From NCBI GenBank assembly GCA_025289735.1, contig GCA_025289735.1_4764.1: a stretch of 37,440 nucleotides of DNA; one strand, 5' to 3'. Positions 1 to 9,427 of the stretch are shown piece after piece. The position numbers and the translations under genes are program-made. Each line of letters opens with the position of its first letter. Positions within the stretch are counted from its first letter, which is position 1. Below the pieces are notes generated by a model. The model saw only the letters and a list, made by a program, of their open reading frames with translations, did no database searches and was not told the DNA's origin. The DNA is from a phage.

Positions 1-982
1 GTACGGTGTTCTCTTTGATATATTCCATGATCTGGTCGCGTGTAGCTCCCTCGTCCTGAATCATGGCGTTAACGTCTTTAGAATGCCACGGACAACGATC
101 CCACAAAACAATCTTTTCCCCTGCATTGATAAACTTTTCCAGTCGGTGCATTGTATCGGCAGACCGTGGTTCCGCATCAAGTACAAACACTCGCTGGTCT
201 GGGAAAGGGATTTCATCTAATCCCAAAGTACCGCCAGTAATTGCACACCCGTTATCAATAAACAATGAATCGATCGGACCTTCTAAGAAATACACTGGTT
301 TACTCGGATCGGCGCGTTCAAGACCATAGACCTTACTCGCTAACTCATGAGTTTTAATCGTCATATATTTGGTCTTTCCGTAATCCTTTCTCAATGCTCG
401 CCCCTGAATGGATTCTATCTTGTTCTCGCGGTTAAAGATAGGAATCACTAAACGCGGTTCAGGTTGTGGATTCTTGAAAGTATCAGCCTTAATGTGATTT
501 GCTACCTTTTGCCATTCTCTCGTGAAATACAGAAGATCCCATTTATCGTTGGGAATACAGCGATCACTGACATACTTTATTATAGGATGATTCGCCGGAA
601 GAGTATCTAATCTCTCGCAGAAAGGCAATGTTTGCACTTTCTTAATCTCCGGCTTTTCTACCTTTTTCAGTGGCTTGAACGTGGTGTTCTTGTGGTCGCC
701 TTGTTCCTTCCGTCGTTCCATAAGCCATTCCCTGAATAGGTCCGGCTTATACTGTTTGAGAAATTCACCTAACGGCTGATTGTAGTTACAGTTGAAACAA
801 CCACAACGCAAACTATCCTTATAGGTATAGATACGGAATCGCGCCATTGTGCTATTCTTTTTGGAATCTCCGCAGATCGGACAACTTGCTACCAACGTAA
901 ATGAGTTAGTATGTAACCGCTTGAAATTTCGTTCGCCGTATAATGCTTTTTCGGCTATTTCATAATCTGCGTAGTAAATCAT
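1..982 (-). CDS. 61: DNA primase (T4 gp61-like); 3' end truncated by window start
   Basis: Absent from ORF track because no stop codon lies inside the window. ATG at 982..980 preceded by AAGAGG. Hand translation MIYYADYEIAEKALYG..CPICGDSKKN..CGCFNCNYNQ..EPRLVIPIFN..GPIDSLFIDNG..VLDAEPR..KDVNAMIQDEGATRDQIMEYIKEN is colinear with T4 gp61 (zinc ribbon plus primase core motifs). Confidence 0.85.
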   Translation of the reverse strand, partial: MIYYADYEIAEKALYGERNFKRLHTNSFTLVASCPICGDSKKNSTMARFRIYTYKDSLRCGCFNCNYNQPLGEFLKQYKPDLFREWLMERRKEQGDHKNTTFKPLKKVEKPEIKKVQTLPFCERLDTLPANHPIIKYVSDRCIPNDKWDLLYFTREWQKVANHIKADTFKNPQPEPRLVIPIFNRENKIESIQGRALRKDYGKTKYMTIKTHELASKVYGLERADPSKPVYFLEGPIDSLFIDNGCAITGGTLGLDEIPFPDQRVFVLDAEPRSADTMHRLEKFINAGEKIVLWDRCPWHSKDVNAMIQDEGATRDQIMEYIKENTV

Positions 983-991
983 AATAACCTC

Positions 992-1195
992 TTATAGCTC
1001 AAATTTCATGAAAGTTCCTACACTTTCATTTTCATTCTCTCCGTTCTCATCTAAGCCAAATTTGTAGACACTACCATCTGGCGATGTGTAAGAGAATACA
1101 CGAAAACGGCCTACCGGGTCAAGTTCTGTAAATTCATATTCTTTTCCGGCTTCAAAAAGTGCATATGTGCTTTTAAGACATTTCATCGTAATCAT
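992..1195 (-). CDS. hypothetical protein (67 aa)
   Basis: ORF track; ATG 1195..1193 overlaps stop of upstream micro-ORF (ATGA coupling); ends 10 nt before primase start. No recognisable motif. Confidence 0.5.
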   Translation of the reverse strand: MITMKCLKSTYALFEAGKEYEFTELDPVGRFRVFSYTSPDGSVYKFGLDENGENENESVGTFMKFEL

Positions 1196-1335
1196 TTAAG
1201 CGCCACCGACAACAGGATGAGAACTACACCAACATACATTGTGATCTCGGATAACTTTTCTGTTTTTGTTTTGTGTCCAGATAATCCGAAAACAACAACA
1301 CCGACAATAGCGGACAGCAAGCCAACGATAAACAT
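1192..1335 (-). CDS. hypothetical small hydrophobic protein (47 aa, two predicted TM segments)
   Basis: Below ORF-track size cutoff. Hand translation MFIVGLLSAIVGVVVFGLSGHKTKTEKLSEITMYVGVVLILLSVALK; stop overlaps next ATG (ATGA). Weak SD. Confidence 0.35.
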   Translation of the reverse strand: MFIVGLLSAIVGVVVFGLSGHKTKTEKLSEITMYVGVVLILLSVALK

Positions 1336-1342
1336 GATGATA

Positions 1343-1519
1343 CTAAGCACCGTCTTTCTCCTTTTTGCGTTTTTCTTTACCCGCTACGCTAGGTCCACGA
1401 TTGGTAATAGATCCGCTCGTTTCACCTGCTGCGATCTTCTCAGGATTGCCGCCAGCATCGCCAGCGGTCATGTCTTCTTTGAGTTTATTTTCTTCAACAA
1501 ACTGTTTAAATCCAATCAT
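1343..1519 (-). CDS. hypothetical small protein (58 aa)
   Basis: Below ORF-track cutoff. ATG 1519..1517 overlaps stop of upstream 125-aa ORF (ATGA). Hand translation MIGFKQFVEENKLKEDMTAGDAGGNPEKIAAGETSGSITNRGPSVAGKEKRKKEKDGA. Antisense to track ORF 1217..1573(+), which I reject. Confidence 0.3.
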   Translation of the reverse strand: MIGFKQFVEENKLKEDMTAGDAGGNPEKIAAGETSGSITNRGPSVAGKEKRKKEKDGA

Positions 1520-1893
1520 AGAATAATCTCTTTCAGTAAGTCAACAATCTGGTCTTTCGTCAGTTTATCCTGATTCTCTACAATCTTGATAACACAAGCA
1601 TTAACATCTTTTCGAGTAACGCGGGAGATCGTTTTAATACGATGAAACGGTTCGTAGAAATATACTGCTTCATTATAGAGCGCAGCAATTTTTCGACGCA
1701 TTTGATCTTTATCTGACAAGAAAACAAGTGCTGTTTTATGACCTTCTACACCCGCCACGTTATATAGTTCAGCAACACCCCAGCGACCTTCCGGTTCAAT
1801 CATTCCGGCGTGTTTACCGTCGATAAAAATAAGAATATCTCCGTTGAATGCGGTTTTAAATGCTACATCTTCCGGCGTAATCATATTTTTCAT
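1516..1893 (-). CDS. hypothetical protein (125 aa)
   Basis: ORF track; ATG 1893 preceded by AAGGAG SD. Confidence 0.55.
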   Translation of the reverse strand: MKNMITPEDVAFKTAFNGDILIFIDGKHAGMIEPEGRWGVAELYNVAGVEGHKTALVFLSDKDQMRRKIAALYNEAVYFYEPFHRIKTISRVTRKDVNACVIKIVENQDKLTKDQIVDLLKEIIL

Positions 1894-1923
1894 AATATAG
1901 TCTCCTTAGAGTTTCATTATAGA

Positions 1924-2559
1924 TCAAGCGAATGTAGAAAGCAAATGTTTTGTTTCTTTCAGTTGTCTTTCAAGATCTTTGCGTTTCTCTTTAAGTTGCA
2001 TTTTAGCATTATTTCGCTGTTTTTCAACATCTTTATCAATATGCTTAGTCCAATTATCAATATCAGAATAAGTTGGCATACCCAATTCTAGACCTAATGC
2101 GGTTGGATACAGGGTAACGGTCCATAAACCGCTAATCTTCTTAAATAGGTCTGGGTGTAGTGTACTATCTACATCTTCCGGTGTCAACTCTTTTTCTTCT
2201 TTCAGTGGTGGGATCTCGTCATATGGTTCCAGTGCATTTACTTTAATATCAGATACTTCATCAAAGAATCCGCGTACATCCGCAGGAAATACACAAGCAA
2301 TTTCCCAACCGTGATCACGCAGAGAAGTAATATTTTTCACTCCCCCACCATGTGTGATGATTGATGTGACATTACCATCAAGGTCCACCGAATTTACGAG
2401 AAATGGCTTATCGTCTGTCAGATCATTATAAAACTGTGCTTCGGCTGTAGTCATCTCCAGAAACAGATCTCGGATCGGACGACCATCCGGTGCGTTACCT
2501 TCCTTGAGAGTATAAAAGCGACTTACGATCCATTTTGGCGGTAAAGCATTAGCGATCAT
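1924..2559 (-). CDS. hypothetical protein (211 aa), charged coiled-coil C-terminus
   Basis: ORF track; ATG 2559 preceded by AGGAGA SD. No confident family assignment. Confidence 0.6.
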   Translation of the reverse strand: MIANALPPKWIVSRFYTLKEGNAPDGRPIRDLFLEMTTAEAQFYNDLTDDKPFLVNSVDLDGNVTSIITHGGGVKNITSLRDHGWEIACVFPADVRGFFDEVSDIKVNALEPYDEIPPLKEEKELTPEDVDSTLHPDLFKKISGLWTVTLYPTALGLELGMPTYSDIDNWTKHIDKDVEKQRNNAKMQLKEKRKDLERQLKETKHLLSTFA

Positions 2560-2609
2560 GTTATATCTCCTATCAAATCATTCACCAGCGCCCCGCAGGG
2601 CGCATTTTA

Positions 2610-4022
2610 TTAGAAAGTCATGTTATTTGCTAGCTCGTCGAGTTTTTCTCGTTTCTCGGCTTGCTGTGCGCTTTGTGGTTTAACTTGTGCATTCTCCTGA
2701 TCTGCGATCTGGTTTGGTACTTCATACCAACGCTGATTGCCTTTCTTCACACCAACGTTAAACCGTGAATAATAGTTCTTATCACCGTAACGAGACTTGA
2801 TCTGCTTCATGAGTTGGACGCCCATTTTAGCCAGGTCTTCGGTTTCGATAACACCCAACATAAAGTCGGCAGTAGCCGGAAGACCTGCTGATTCAGCGGT
2901 ATCACTCATGTTAAGGTCTGACGCATCCCAACCCGCGCGGGTAGTCTGTGCCGCAGTCCAACCAACAACATCCCACTTAACAAAAAATCCTCGCAGTTCT
3001 TCCGCAATCGCCTTAACTAGTGTGTAACTATTTTCAGAGTATACACGCAAGCGAGACGATGCGCAAATCCCCAGATAGTCAACAATCACAACATCAGGTT
3101 TAAACTGTTTCTTGAGTCGCAATTCATTCATTAACGCCTCAAAGTGATTGGAGTTCGCGCCACCAGTCGGATACTGCTTGATCATCAATTTTCCAACCGG
3201 ACGATCTCCGATCTTCTTATTCTTAACACGCTTCATGCGTGCGGAATATTCCGCAAAAGAAACATTACCATTATCCAATTCATCTAATGTAATGTCAAGC
3301 AAGTTTGCGTCGATACGTTTTGCTACTACATGTTCTGCCATCTCCATTGAGATATACAATACATCATAACCACATTCCATATAATCCGCAGCAAGAGAAC
3401 ACAAGCCAAGCGATTTACCAACGTTTACACCAGCAAGCAACACATTTAGCGTTTTTCTTTCCGCCCCTCCTTTCGTGATTTTATTCAACATCGGCAGCTT
3501 AAACGGGATCTTATTCGCCTTAGTCTGATATAGCAAGAATCGTTTTTCAAAGTCATTAAACCAGTCATGACCTACATCAGAATCAAACGTAATGGATAGT
3601 GCTTCCTGCATGATCTCAGGAATAGCACCCTCACTCGGCAATTTCTTATTCTGTTTCTCTTTTGGTAGTTGTGCGTTCGCCTGAATCTCTAGCGCCCGTG
3701 ACATTGCATTATACATGGCACGGTCACGAATAAATTTTTCGGTTTCCTTCATTAACCAATCAAGGTCTTCCGGTGTATTCTCAAGCGAATCAAGAAGAGT
3801 TTTAGCCCCTTCATATGTTGTCTGATTGCCTCTCTCCTTGTCTAAAGCAATCTGTAATGCAGTTGGCGTAGGAATATTGGAATATTCGTCTACGTGCTTT
3901 TTAATCAGCTTATAAATCAGTTTTTCTTCGTCTTCGGTGAAGTAGTCCGCTTTAAGGTGAGGCCATACATTCGTAAAGAATGCGCCATTGTAAATCAACT
4001 GTGAAAAGATAGTTTTAATCAT
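2610..4022 (-). CDS. 41: replicative DNA helicase, DnaB-like (T4 gp41)
   Basis: 470 aa; Walker A GVNVGKS; long colinear identity to remembered T4 gp41 (e.g. LYISMEMAE, KQYPTGGA, VVIVDYLGIC, AESAGLPATADFMLGVIETE, KQIKSRYGDKN). Confidence 0.95.
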   Translation of the reverse strand: MIKTIFSQLIYNGAFFTNVWPHLKADYFTEDEEKLIYKLIKKHVDEYSNIPTPTALQIALDKERGNQTTYEGAKTLLDSLENTPEDLDWLMKETEKFIRDRAMYNAMSRALEIQANAQLPKEKQNKKLPSEGAIPEIMQEALSITFDSDVGHDWFNDFEKRFLLYQTKANKIPFKLPMLNKITKGGAERKTLNVLLAGVNVGKSLGLCSLAADYMECGYDVLYISMEMAEHVVAKRIDANLLDITLDELDNGNVSFAEYSARMKRVKNKKIGDRPVGKLMIKQYPTGGANSNHFEALMNELRLKKQFKPDVVIVDYLGICASSRLRVYSENSYTLVKAIAEELRGFFVKWDVVGWTAAQTTRAGWDASDLNMSDTAESAGLPATADFMLGVIETEDLAKMGVQLMKQIKSRYGDKNYYSRFNVGVKKGNQRWYEVPNQIADQENAQVKPQSAQQAEKREKLDELANNMTF

Positions 4023-4336
4023 ACATAGCCCCCAACTACACGCATAACAAAGGTCTTGAGTTTATACCAGAAAGTTTCTTTTTTCAACTTTTCTTCTGCT
4101 TCTTTGATCTGCGCGGTTAACGCCTTAATGACGTGTGGATATACCACATCACGATCTGACGGCGTGGAGTAGTCGACCACAATACCTTTAGTGTCTGGAT
4201 CGTATTCAACATTATGAATATAGACAATATGATGTTCTCCCTCTTCATCAACAATTATCAATTCCTGAATAACTGTCTTCATTGCTTCTTGAATCAAGCC
4301 GTGTGCTTCTTCTAAACTTGTTGGTTTCTTATCCAT
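4019..4336 (-). CDS. hypothetical protein (105 aa), positional equivalent of T4 gene 40
   Basis: ORF track; stop overlaps gp41 ATG (ATGA); SD GAGAGGA. Assignment is positional only. Confidence 0.55.
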   Translation of the reverse strand: MDKKPTSLEEAHGLIQEAMKTVIQELIIVDEEGEHHIVYIHNVEYDPDTKGIVVDYSTPSDRDVVYPHVIKALTAQIKEAEEKLKKETFWYKLKTFVMRVVGGYV

Positions 4337-4391
4337 AATATAATCCTCTCTAGATATGAAAAAGGGGCACGTAGCCCCTTTACTACCATTG

Positions 4392-5462
4392 TTATGCTAA
4401 CATATCTTCGATTTCTTTGTCAACTGCTTCGTCGCTGATCACTTGCCCCAGCTTATAATGATCGTTGATTGCTTCGTTAAACTTATCGTTTGTCAGAAGT
4501 GGTTTCCAGAACTCAATGCTATTGGTTTCTTTAGCACGGAACTTGCGTTCTTCGGTTTCCATCTCTCCGGTCTCGGTATTTAGGATTGAACGAGAATACC
4601 AGCCGTTTGACGGTTTCACTACCCAGCCTAACTCTACAGCCAATTCCAGCAAGCCGGAATAAGGATCGATGCCACCGCTAAATGTTACGCTAATCGGGAA
4701 CTTCGATTTTTCTTTAACGGTTCGTGATTTTTCCGCATTCAGGATAAAATCATAACCAGTAATTTCGGTTCCTTCTTTCTGCTGACGACGACCAATAATG
4801 AAAACTTCATTGGCTGAATACATCGCGCCCGTACCGCCGGACATAACGGTCTTACTAAACATTTCTTGCGTTTCGTAAGTGTGGTTAATAGCGATGCACG
4901 GGATATCATTCATAGTCAGATACGGCGTAACCATACGGAACAAGCCTTTAAGTGCTTTCGCTCGCGTCATATCCTGTGCGGATTTCTCATTAATCGCGTC
5001 TTCAACTTCTTTTTTACTTGCCAAGTTACCGATTGAGTCAATAAAGATGATCACTTTATCTTCACGGGTAATTTGCTCAAGCTGGTTCATGATTTCAAAT
5101 TTAAGTTCTTCGATGTTCTTGATTGGAACATGCACTACGCGATCAGGATCTACGCCCATAGATTCCAGATAAGCGGGCGTGATACCGAACTCAGAATCAA
5201 AGAACAAACAAGCCGCATCGGGATTCTGTTTCATGTATGCACTAACACAAGTTAATCCCATGTTTGATTTAAAGTGCTTAGACGGACCAGCAAAGAAAAT
5301 CAGACCAGATTGAAAGCCTTTTTTAAGATCACCGGAAAACGCAATATTCAGCATCGGGATCTTAGTGCGAGTATTTGTTTTTTCGTTAAAGAAGCTGGAT
5401 TTAGACAGTACCGCAGTAGTTTTCAGGGTAGAGTTCTTTTTCAGTTTTTCCAGTACAGACAT
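4392..5462 (-). CDS. uvsX: UvsX recombinase (RecA-like)
   Basis: 356 aa; extensive identity to T4 UvsX (KIPMLNIAFSG, GPSKHFKSN, FDSEFGITPAYL, DSIGNLASKKE, IPCIAINHTYETQEMFSKTVM, SRTVKEKSKF). Confidence 0.95.
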   Translation of the reverse strand: MSVLEKLKKNSTLKTTAVLSKSSFFNEKTNTRTKIPMLNIAFSGDLKKGFQSGLIFFAGPSKHFKSNMGLTCVSAYMKQNPDAACLFFDSEFGITPAYLESMGVDPDRVVHVPIKNIEELKFEIMNQLEQITREDKVIIFIDSIGNLASKKEVEDAINEKSAQDMTRAKALKGLFRMVTPYLTMNDIPCIAINHTYETQEMFSKTVMSGGTGAMYSANEVFIIGRRQQKEGTEITGYDFILNAEKSRTVKEKSKFPISVTFSGGIDPYSGLLELAVELGWVVKPSNGWYSRSILNTETGEMETEERKFRAKETNSIEFWKPLLTNDKFNEAINDHYKLGQVISDEAVDKEIEDMLA

Positions 5463-5473
5463 TATTAATACCT

Positions 5474-5662
5474 CTATTCAGTTAATCCGTAATACTTTAA
5501 TTGCTTCATTGTTATTCGATCTTTGTAGTGCTCTTGAATTAACTTTTTCATCGCATCAACATCGATCGTCACAAATACTTCGTTGCTGTGATTTCCGTGA
5601 ACTTTCTTGAAATGCTCTATGCCTTCCTCACGTTCACGTTTAATCTTTTCAATGTCTCTCAT
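5474..5662 (-). CDS. hypothetical small protein (62 aa)
   Basis: Track ORF 5474..5701 starts at a GTG that lies at or upstream of the transcription start predicted from promoter 5707..5734; first ATG downstream is 5662. Sits where T4 has beta-gt/42/imm. Confidence 0.4.
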   Translation of the reverse strand: MRDIEKIKREREEGIEHFKKVHGNHSNEVFVTIDVDAMKKLIQEHYKDRITMKQLKYYGLTE

Positions 5663-5706
5663 AATATATTTCTCACGTTGGCGGGTATCGTCACCCAACA
5701 CCCGCC

Positions 5707-5734
5707 ATTATACACACTTTATCTTAAATGTCAA
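5707..5734 (-). promoter_or_regulatory. sigma70-type early promoter (-35 TTGACA, 16-bp spacer, -10 TATAAT)
   Basis: Plus strand reads attata(5707-5712) and tgtcaa(5729-5734); perfect hexamers on minus strand directly after the gp43 stop. Confidence 0.6.
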
Positions 5735-8402
5735 ACAGGTCTGTAAGAGATGCCACTTTTTCATATTGCAGCTTTGCAGCCGTGGTAATGTTCTCCAGTG
5801 GTTTGACGAAAGTCTTATTAAACAACAAAGGCCAGTCTAACCACTTTAACACCTCTGATTCAATTTCTGGCGGAATACGAGTACCAGACAACCAACCAAA
5901 ACAGATTTCTCCAAACGGATTTCGATCTTTCAGCGGTACAATCATAACCTTCTCGCCCTCACGAATCGGATCTAGTCCGAATTTTCGAGCATTACGATTA
6001 TAACACAATACACTCTTAACCGCATACGGACAACCCTTAATCGGATACCCGTTTGAATCGCTGTATTTCTGTAGGTTGTTTGCAGATGATACCGCAGCAA
6101 CATCAAGATAGTCAAGTTTTCTAAATTCTTGCTCAAAAATACCGTAGTATTCCTGCAATGAATCTTCACCTTCCTGCAACATACGGCGAATACATTCTTT
6201 CAGTGATTTCTGACATGCTTTAGGGGTGGAGCTACGTTGCGTTTCCAAGCCCATGATTTTTAGCTTAGGTTCAGCAAAGCGCGTTCCTTCCATATCCCAA
6301 ACATTAAGAGCATAACGCTTTTTACCAGTCCAGAATCCACCGATACCCGCAGATTTCAACGGAGGACCAGCAATTGCCTCTCGGTCCATAAACATCAAGT
6401 GCTCATAGTTGTTCATGTACTCGCATAACTCGCGATATCCCTTGTCGATAATAGGTTCCATTCGATGTTTACCGAAATTATCAAGGAAGTCAACAAGTTT
6501 TTCGGTATCGTCGAAACGGTCTTCCCCGCCAACCTTATCAATAACATTGTTAACCAGCACATAAACGGAGTCAGTATCACAATAACGAACATATGCAAAA
6601 TCAGTCGTTCCGCAAAGCTCGTTTAAGTATTCGTTAATCTTACGCTCAATCCACTGAATTGCAAGCTGACCGAACAGTGTGATCGCACTAGCGTTACGGA
6701 GATCATAAAAACGGAATTTAGGATTCCCCAACGCACCATAAAGGGAGTTGATCAAAACTTTTCGAGAAAGCTGGTTTGTATTGCACAAGATCGACTCGTC
6801 TTTACATTCTTCCAGCAATTTCTCTAAGGCATCTTTACTTAATTCAGAAAGCATCGATTTAAACGCTTCATCGAAGTCGTGACGCACTTCAACGCTATAG
6901 CTAATGGTTCCCCCATAAACATGATTTTCATCGTGTAGAATCGCTTTACATAGTTCAGCATTGCGATCACATGCCAACATCATGTTTTTGTACTGCTTAC
7001 GCTGATCGAATACCTTTTTAATCTCAATCGGTACGATACCATGAATATCTTTTCTATACATCCACCCGTTAGGCGAGCAAGAATACTCATCACTCGGACG
7101 TGGTGCAGTTTTATTGATATACTCGTGCATCGGTGCAGCATCAAAAGATCCGGCGATTGTTTCCGGCGAAATATTAACCTGTCGAATAATAGATGGATAC
7201 AGACTGGTTAAGTCAAAGCTCATCATCCAACGGTAAGCATTCGGCACAGGTTCTTTTACGAATGCGCCTGGATACGTCTGCTTAGGCTGTATCTTGTTCT
7301 CTGGTACTACTTTACCCTCAGCTTTCAGAGATCCGAAGATAATAGCATCCCATACTTTCATCGGGTTATAAACATGGTTAAATTTAATCTTTGCATAGAA
7401 ACATAGACTATACACAAGATCGATAAATCCACGCTTTTTATCAATCGCCAGCACACGATCAACGTCGCCGATGTTATAATCGATGTAAAGTTGATGGTTG
7501 TCATCACGCAATTTCTTTAACGGACCATCATAATCAACCTTACCGATTCCTGTCTCATATTCAGCAACATAATCTAACGCATATGTTGGTTGAGTCGTAA
7601 AGCTAAATTTCTTGTACAGGTCAATATAATCAAGGCTTTCGATCCCCATGATCGTAAATGCTTCACGCTCGTTTCCAAAATCATCCTGTGAGATTCTGGA
7701 TTTAATCTTACCGCACGGGCTTAGACGGTTAGCGGTTCTACTTCCGAACTTATTACTGATACGTTTAATGATATATGGAATATCGAATGTTTCTGTGTTC
7801 CAGCCAGTGAAACCAACGGGTCGGTTTTCCTCAAAGAATCGGATGTATTCTAACAGCAATTCATCTTCTGTGTCATAGACGTTATAAACAACGCGCTCTA
7901 CGATATCAGGTCGAAGAATAGACTTGCTTGCTTCCCATGATTCACCGTTTTTTCCTTTCAAATCAAATACAAAGAAACGGTCATGTACGGAATCATAATG
8001 CGTAATTGCATCGATAGGATATTTCGCTTCTTCTGGTTTAGGAAATTCTGGGGCAGTGACCTCAATATCAACCCATGCTACACGGATTTTATTTCGGTCA
8101 TATCGAATCTCTCCTTTATACGTATCGGACAGATAGGAGATGATAAAATCATCCATCCCTAGTGCCTCTTGCCCCATCTCCCCCATCTTTTTACGCCATT
8201 TGTTGGCCTCGTTCATAGAGGGGAATTTTTTAGCAATGCAAGGCTTGCCATAGATATCTTTATAATTTGTAACCATACCAGGCGCGGCATGATGAAATAA
8301 AGTTGGCGTATATTCAACGTAACGCTCTTGTTCTTGTCCAGCATCATCAATATAACGCTCGTAGATCTTATCACCTACTCGCTCACATGACAGAAAATAC
8401 AT
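5724..8402 (-). CDS. 43: DNA polymerase (T4 gp43, family B)
   Basis: Long colinear identity to T4 gp43 (ERYID, DIYGK, KFPSM, DAITHYD, SFDLTSLYPSIIRQVNISPETIAG, INSLYGALGN, YCDTDS, FMDREAIAGPP, GGFWTGKKRYALNVWDMEG, KIMGLETQ). Track start 8432 is a GTG upstream of the promoter; I place the start at ATG 8402 with GAAGGAG SD. Confidence 0.95.
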   Translation of the reverse strand: MYFLSCERVGDKIYERYIDDAGQEQERYVEYTPTLFHHAAPGMVTNYKDIYGKPCIAKKFPSMNEANKWRKKMGEMGQEALGMDDFIISYLSDTYKGEIRYDRNKIRVAWVDIEVTAPEFPKPEEAKYPIDAITHYDSVHDRFFVFDLKGKNGESWEASKSILRPDIVERVVYNVYDTEDELLLEYIRFFEENRPVGFTGWNTETFDIPYIIKRISNKFGSRTANRLSPCGKIKSRISQDDFGNEREAFTIMGIESLDYIDLYKKFSFTTQPTYALDYVAEYETGIGKVDYDGPLKKLRDDNHQLYIDYNIGDVDRVLAIDKKRGFIDLVYSLCFYAKIKFNHVYNPMKVWDAIIFGSLKAEGKVVPENKIQPKQTYPGAFVKEPVPNAYRWMMSFDLTSLYPSIIRQVNISPETIAGSFDAAPMHEYINKTAPRPSDEYSCSPNGWMYRKDIHGIVPIEIKKVFDQRKQYKNMMLACDRNAELCKAILHDENHVYGGTISYSVEVRHDFDEAFKSMLSELSKDALEKLLEECKDESILCNTNQLSRKVLINSLYGALGNPKFRFYDLRNASAITLFGQLAIQWIERKINEYLNELCGTTDFAYVRYCDTDSVYVLVNNVIDKVGGEDRFDDTEKLVDFLDNFGKHRMEPIIDKGYRELCEYMNNYEHLMFMDREAIAGPPLKSAGIGGFWTGKKRYALNVWDMEGTRFAEPKLKIMGLETQRSSTPKACQKSLKECIRRMLQEGEDSLQEYYGIFEQEFRKLDYLDVAAVSSANNLQKYSDSNGYPIKGCPYAVKSVLCYNRNARKFGLDPIREGEKVMIVPLKDRNPFGEICFGWLSGTRIPPEIESEVLKWLDWPLLFNKTFVKPLENITTAAKLQYEKVASLTDLFDI

Positions 8403-8434
8403 AATATAAACTCCTTCACTTACGAAAGACACTC

Positions 8435-8463
8435 ATTATAGGGGAATCGACCTAGTTTGTCAA
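8435..8463 (-). promoter_or_regulatory. sigma70-type promoter upstream of gene 43 (-35 TTGACA, 17 bp, -10 TATAAT)
   Basis: Plus strand attata(8435-8440) and tgtcaa(8458-8463), between regA stop and gp43 start. Confidence 0.6.
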
Positions 8464-8484
8464 TACCCCTATCCCATCAGTATC

Positions 8485-8847
8485 TTATCGCCCGATCTGA
8501 TATTTCTCGATCAGTGTCCATTCTTCTTTCTGTTTGAAAGACAATACACGGAAATTATTAACTTCGGTAGTTTCAAAATCACTATCAATCAGGGTACACA
8601 GATTCCACTGCGCAAGAAGTTTTGCAATGTTATTACGGCGTAATTCATCTTCCCACGTCATTTTAACACTACGACCATCTAATTTCAACAACTCCTTGAA
8701 ATGAACGATGTAATAGCGCCCCTTCTTCTGGAGAATATGACAAGACTGATACAGTGTCTTGTCTCGATTGTTGGCAATGCCGCAGCGGGTTAAAGTTTCC
8801 TTAATTTTAAGGAAGTTTTCAGGACTAATCAAATTAATTTCAATCAT
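8485..8847 (-). CDS. regA: translational repressor RegA
   Basis: 120 aa; near-identity blocks to T4 RegA (FLKIKETLTRCGIANN, LYQSCHILQKKG, YYIVHFKE, NNFRVLSFKQK). Confidence 0.9.
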   Translation of the reverse strand: MIEINLISPENFLKIKETLTRCGIANNRDKTLYQSCHILQKKGRYYIVHFKELLKLDGRSVKMTWEDELRRNNIAKLLAQWNLCTLIDSDFETTEVNNFRVLSFKQKEEWTLIEKYQIGR

Positions 8848-8848
8848 T

Positions 8849-9427
8849 TTACCACCTTTCTATAATCTTTTTAAGTCGTTTCCTTTCTGTCTGATTCTTA
8901 GTAACACCCGCCAAAAGTTCATCGGTCGCATACGGTTTAATGTGCTTCAATAACTTGTCCATATATCCCTTTTCATTAGCCAAATCGAGATAAAACCGGG
9001 CGTCATCCATATTTACACAATATGCTTTCGCCACTGCCATTAAAACCAATTTTTGGTCCAATTCTTCTGTTAGTTTAGCCCATTTACCGTATCGTTTCCC
9101 CTTAGAAATACTCTGTAAGAGATAATCAAAATGCATTTGATCTGGGAGGCCATGACCGATTAAATTCATCACATACGCGCTATATAGGCAATCTGCGTGC
9201 TGGGAAAGAGCGGTGTTAATCCATCTCTGGTTATATGCAGAATTGTTTCCCACATTAACGCGCTGTTTATCTAAGGTGATATGATCCATCAGAGCAAATA
9301 ATGCATTGTCGGTTTTCTCGGTGAATGTGTCAGCTAATTCAGACACCTTTTCCCAATCACGAGAGCGCCATGCAATTTCATGCTCGTTTAATTGTGTATC
9401 ATCTTCACCGAAAAATTGACCTAACAT
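8849..9427 (-). CDS. 62: clamp loader small subunit (T4 gp62)
   Basis: 192 aa; matches T4 gp62 (QLNEHEIAW, AYVMNLIGHGL, KGKRYGKWAKL); start overlaps gp44 stop. Confidence 0.85.
   Translation of the reverse strand: MLGQFFGEDDTQLNEHEIAWRSRDWEKVSELADTFTEKTDNALFALMDHITLDKQRVNVGNNSAYNQRWINTALSQHADCLYSAYVMNLIGHGLPDQMHFDYLLQSISKGKRYGKWAKLTEELDQKLVLMAVAKAYCVNMDDARFYLDLANEKGYMDKLLKHIKPYATDELLAGVTKNQTERKRLKKIIERW

Noticed and set aside
1217-1573. Plus-strand ORFs in the track (e.g. 1217..1573, 2797..3027, 9475..9813, 16790..17302, 23922..24311, 36269..36556)
   Set aside because: Each lies antisense to a conserved or well-supported minus-strand gene, lacks an SD, and would break the otherwise unidirectional operon structure; treated as chance open frames.
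2588-2603. GC-rich hairpin GCGCCCCGCAGGGCGC after the gp41 stop as an intrinsic terminator
   Set aside because: No U-run follows on the minus strand; it may be an RNA-stability or processing hairpin, but termination is not supported.
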